A stretch of 64,000 bases of DNA from NCBI GenBank assembly GCA_016198905.1, contig JACQHR010000004.1:3485-67484 (forward strand), written 5' to 3'. This document shows, in pieces, positions 62,429 to 64,000 of this stretch. The notes beneath the pieces are model-generated. The model saw nothing but the letters and a program-made list of their open reading frames with translations. It searched no databases and was not told the origin of the DNA. The translations under genes were made by a program, and so were the position numbers. Position 1 is the stretch's first letter; every line of letters begins with the position of its first letter. This stretch comes from Candidatus Omnitrophota bacterium (GTDB taxonomy: Bacteria; Omnitrophota; Gorgyraeia; Aquiviventales; Aquiviventaceae).

Positions 62429-63319
62429 TTGAAGCCGCCCTGGTCCGGCGAACTTCGTCTCAAAATCGTTCCCCAACCGTCGGGGAGTTCATTCGTTGTC
62501 GGGACGCACGCCATCCCGCCAGGCGGCAGCATTCCGCTCCACCGGCATCACGATCACGACGAAGTCCTCTTCATTCACAAGGGGCAGGGGCGAGCGACCG
62601 TGGACCAGCAGGCGGTGACGGTGCTGCCCGGCATGCTGGTGCACGTCCCGCGCGAGTGCTGGTATGGGCTGCGCAATACCGGTACGGGCGTTCTCCAGAT
62701 CACCTGGACCGCGACTCCTGCAGGGATTGAAGGATTTTTCCGTGAACTCTCACGTCTGAGCCAGCCCATGGAGGCCGCAGCCTTCCAGGTCATGGCCGCG
62801 GCCTACCATCTTGAGCTGCGCTCGGAATCAGAGGGCGCGAAGGCTCAGCCGGCGAGCCAGGGCGGTCGACCTCGCGGCCGGCGTCGGAGTCGCCCGCGGC
62901 GCTATCCGCGGTCCTCGCCGCCGGCATCAGCCACCCAAGCACCGGTTTCTGCTCCTGCGCCAACAACGCCCAGCGCGATCGCAACGCCTCAACAACCTCC
63001 TCCTGCCATCGTTGCGCCGACTGGGGAACAGCCGACGCCACCGCTGCCGCCCGCTGTGCGACCGACATCCGACCGCGCAAAATTTCCCAGAGGAGCTCGA
63101 AGGGACCGTGGCCCTGGTCGTCCGCCCATTCAGAAACCGGCGAGCCAAGCCCAACCGCCACGGCCAGCCAAGCCTGATCGACGTCCTCACGGCCACCACC
63201 GTAGCCGGGTGAAAGAGGTCTACATGGGCGGGCGATGGATTCGTGTCGCCGGAGAAGGGCCGGTGATCTCTCCTGGTCGCGACGCGCCCCCTCAGCGTCC
63301 CAATCAGGACGACGCCTAA
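62429..63319 (+). CDS. Cupin domain protein with long Pro/Arg-rich disordered C-terminal tail
   Basis: Cupin motifs PLHRHHDHDEVLFIHKGQG and GMLVHVPRECWYGLRN. TTG is the first canonical start, although cupin-like residues (ILQPDEGELLT) continue upstream in frame. Confidence 0.6.
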   Translation: MKPPWSGELRLKIVPQPSGSSFVVGTHAIPPGGSIPLHRHHDHDEVLFIHKGQGRATVDQQAVTVLPGMLVHVPRECWYGLRNTGTGVLQITWTATPAGIEGFFRELSRLSQPMEAAAFQVMAAAYHLELRSESEGAKAQPASQGGRPRGRRRSRPRRYPRSSPPASATQAPVSAPAPTTPSAIATPQQPPPAIVAPTGEQPTPPLPPAVRPTSDRAKFPRGARRDRGPGRPPIQKPASQAQPPRPAKPDRRPHGHHRSRVKEVYMGGRWIRVAGEGPVISPGRDAPPQRPNQDDA

Positions 63320-63326
63320 CCCGTTC

Positions 63327-64000
63327 ATGCAGTGGGTCGGCCGGATCCTCAGTCTCGTCCTGTCGTTGGCCCTCGCCCTCGTGGCGATGGAATTCGGCTG
63401 GCGCGTGCTCAAATTCCATCGCCTGACGATCGAAGCCGGCATCGGCGATCCGCACTACCATCATCGACTCAAGCCGAATACCACGTACCACTTTACCTCC
63501 TCCGAGTTCGATGTGACGGTTCGCACCAATCGATTCAGCCTTCGAGGTCCTGATCCTGTGATCCCGAAGCCACCGGGTGTGTTTCGCATCTTGGTCCTGG
63601 GCGACTCCTACACGTTCGGATTTCCCGTGCGCGATGACGAGACGTTCGCGTCGCTCATTGAACGGCAGCTCAACGCTCAAGGGATTCCTGTGGAGGTGGT
63701 CAACGGCGGGGTCTCCGGGTATTCGCCGACGCTTGAGTACCTCTCGCTGCGCGATCAGTTCCTCACGTTCGAGCCGGACCTCGTCATCCTGTGGTACGAC
63801 TTGGGCGATCTGCAGGAAGACCAATGGTTCCAGAAAAATTTGGTGTACGACGCCTCCGGCCGCATCCTCCGATGCGACCCCGGCTACACCAACGGCCGTT
63901 TTGATCGGTGGGAGTGGCTGAAAAATCACAGCATCATCGCCGGCTACCTCGATCGCAAACTCGTGCGGACCACGAAGTACATCCACCACCTCGGATTCTG
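63327..64000 (+). CDS. SGNH/GDSL-like hydrolase with N-terminal TM anchor; 3' end lies outside the window
   Basis: Not in the track (no stop). My translation gives MQWVGRILSLVLSLALALVAMEF..., block I RILVLGDSYTFG, block II VVNGGVSGYSP, and DLVILWYDLGD. Confidence 0.55.
   Translation, partial: MQWVGRILSLVLSLALALVAMEFGWRVLKFHRLTIEAGIGDPHYHHRLKPNTTYHFTSSEFDVTVRTNRFSLRGPDPVIPKPPGVFRILVLGDSYTFGFPVRDDETFASLIERQLNAQGIPVEVVNGGVSGYSPTLEYLSLRDQFLTFEPDLVILWYDLGDLQEDQWFQKNLVYDASGRILRCDPGYTNGRFDRWEWLKNHSIIAGYLDRKLVRTTKYIHHLGF

Noticed and set aside
62790-63989. 399-aa minus-strand ORF spanning the cupin tail and the SGNH hydrolase gene.
   Set aside because: The plus strand shows SGNH blocks I and II (GDSYTFG, GGVSGYSP) and a TM anchor after ATG 63327. 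The antisense peptide has no motif. It remains possible that part of the cupin tail is not coding.

Overview
This is a 64-kb window of high-G+C bacterial chromosome. It is almost fully coding and mostly core metabolism.

**Core content, in order**
- Start of window: a pilus-like or surface protein pair, small CBS, DUF2934, TPR and membrane genes, and a large ferredoxin-type glutamate synthase (gltB) with no adjacent gltD.
- apbC/mrp and a DUF971 gene, separated by a two-gene insertion.
- A degenerate cysteine-desulfurase-like gene, then apgM, pepA, folE, thiC and a class I aldolase.
- Two tandem two-subunit 2-oxoacid:ferredoxin oxidoreductase clusters, separated by a Rieske ferredoxin and a ThiI-like PP-loop ATPase. 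They are followed by an aspartase/fumarase-family lyase.
- Four tRNAs: Arg-UCG, Lys-CUU, Leu-UAG and Gly-GCC.
- A regulatory PTS cluster (ptsN, yvcK, GH57, HPr, ptsI), then metK-ahcY, lptF/lptG and comF.
- After the island: housekeeping and hypothetical genes, including TVP38 and DedA membrane proteins, a YyaL-like thioredoxin-domain protein, an epimerase, a DEAD-box helicase and yajQ.

The ferredoxin-centred gene set suggests an rTCA-type autotroph, possibly Nitrospirota-like. That is inference only.

**Most unusual locus**
The ~8-kb stretch at 44.4-52.5 kb looks lower in G+C by eye and is clearly accessory. It holds seven co-directional genes with overlapping or near-zero junctions:
- an unknown 334-aa protein and an excisionase-type HTH protein
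- type III Mod and Res
- an unknown 215-aa membrane protein
- an HTH-ImmA/IrrE metallopeptidase and a DUF4411 PIN-like protein

A truncated second DUF4411 copy lies just downstream. No integrase is present.

**Second theme: GC-rich palindromic (REP/MITE-like) elements**
- One copy sits in frame (105 bp) inside the cysteine-desulfurase-like gene. That gene has also lost its PLP-binding residues.
- One copy is flanked by an 11-bp direct repeat.
- One is associated with a duplication of the tRNA-Arg 3' end.

**Limits**
All functional names come from motif recognition by eye. No database search or folding was run. Start codons are often uncertain because the ORF track uses GTG and TTG starts.
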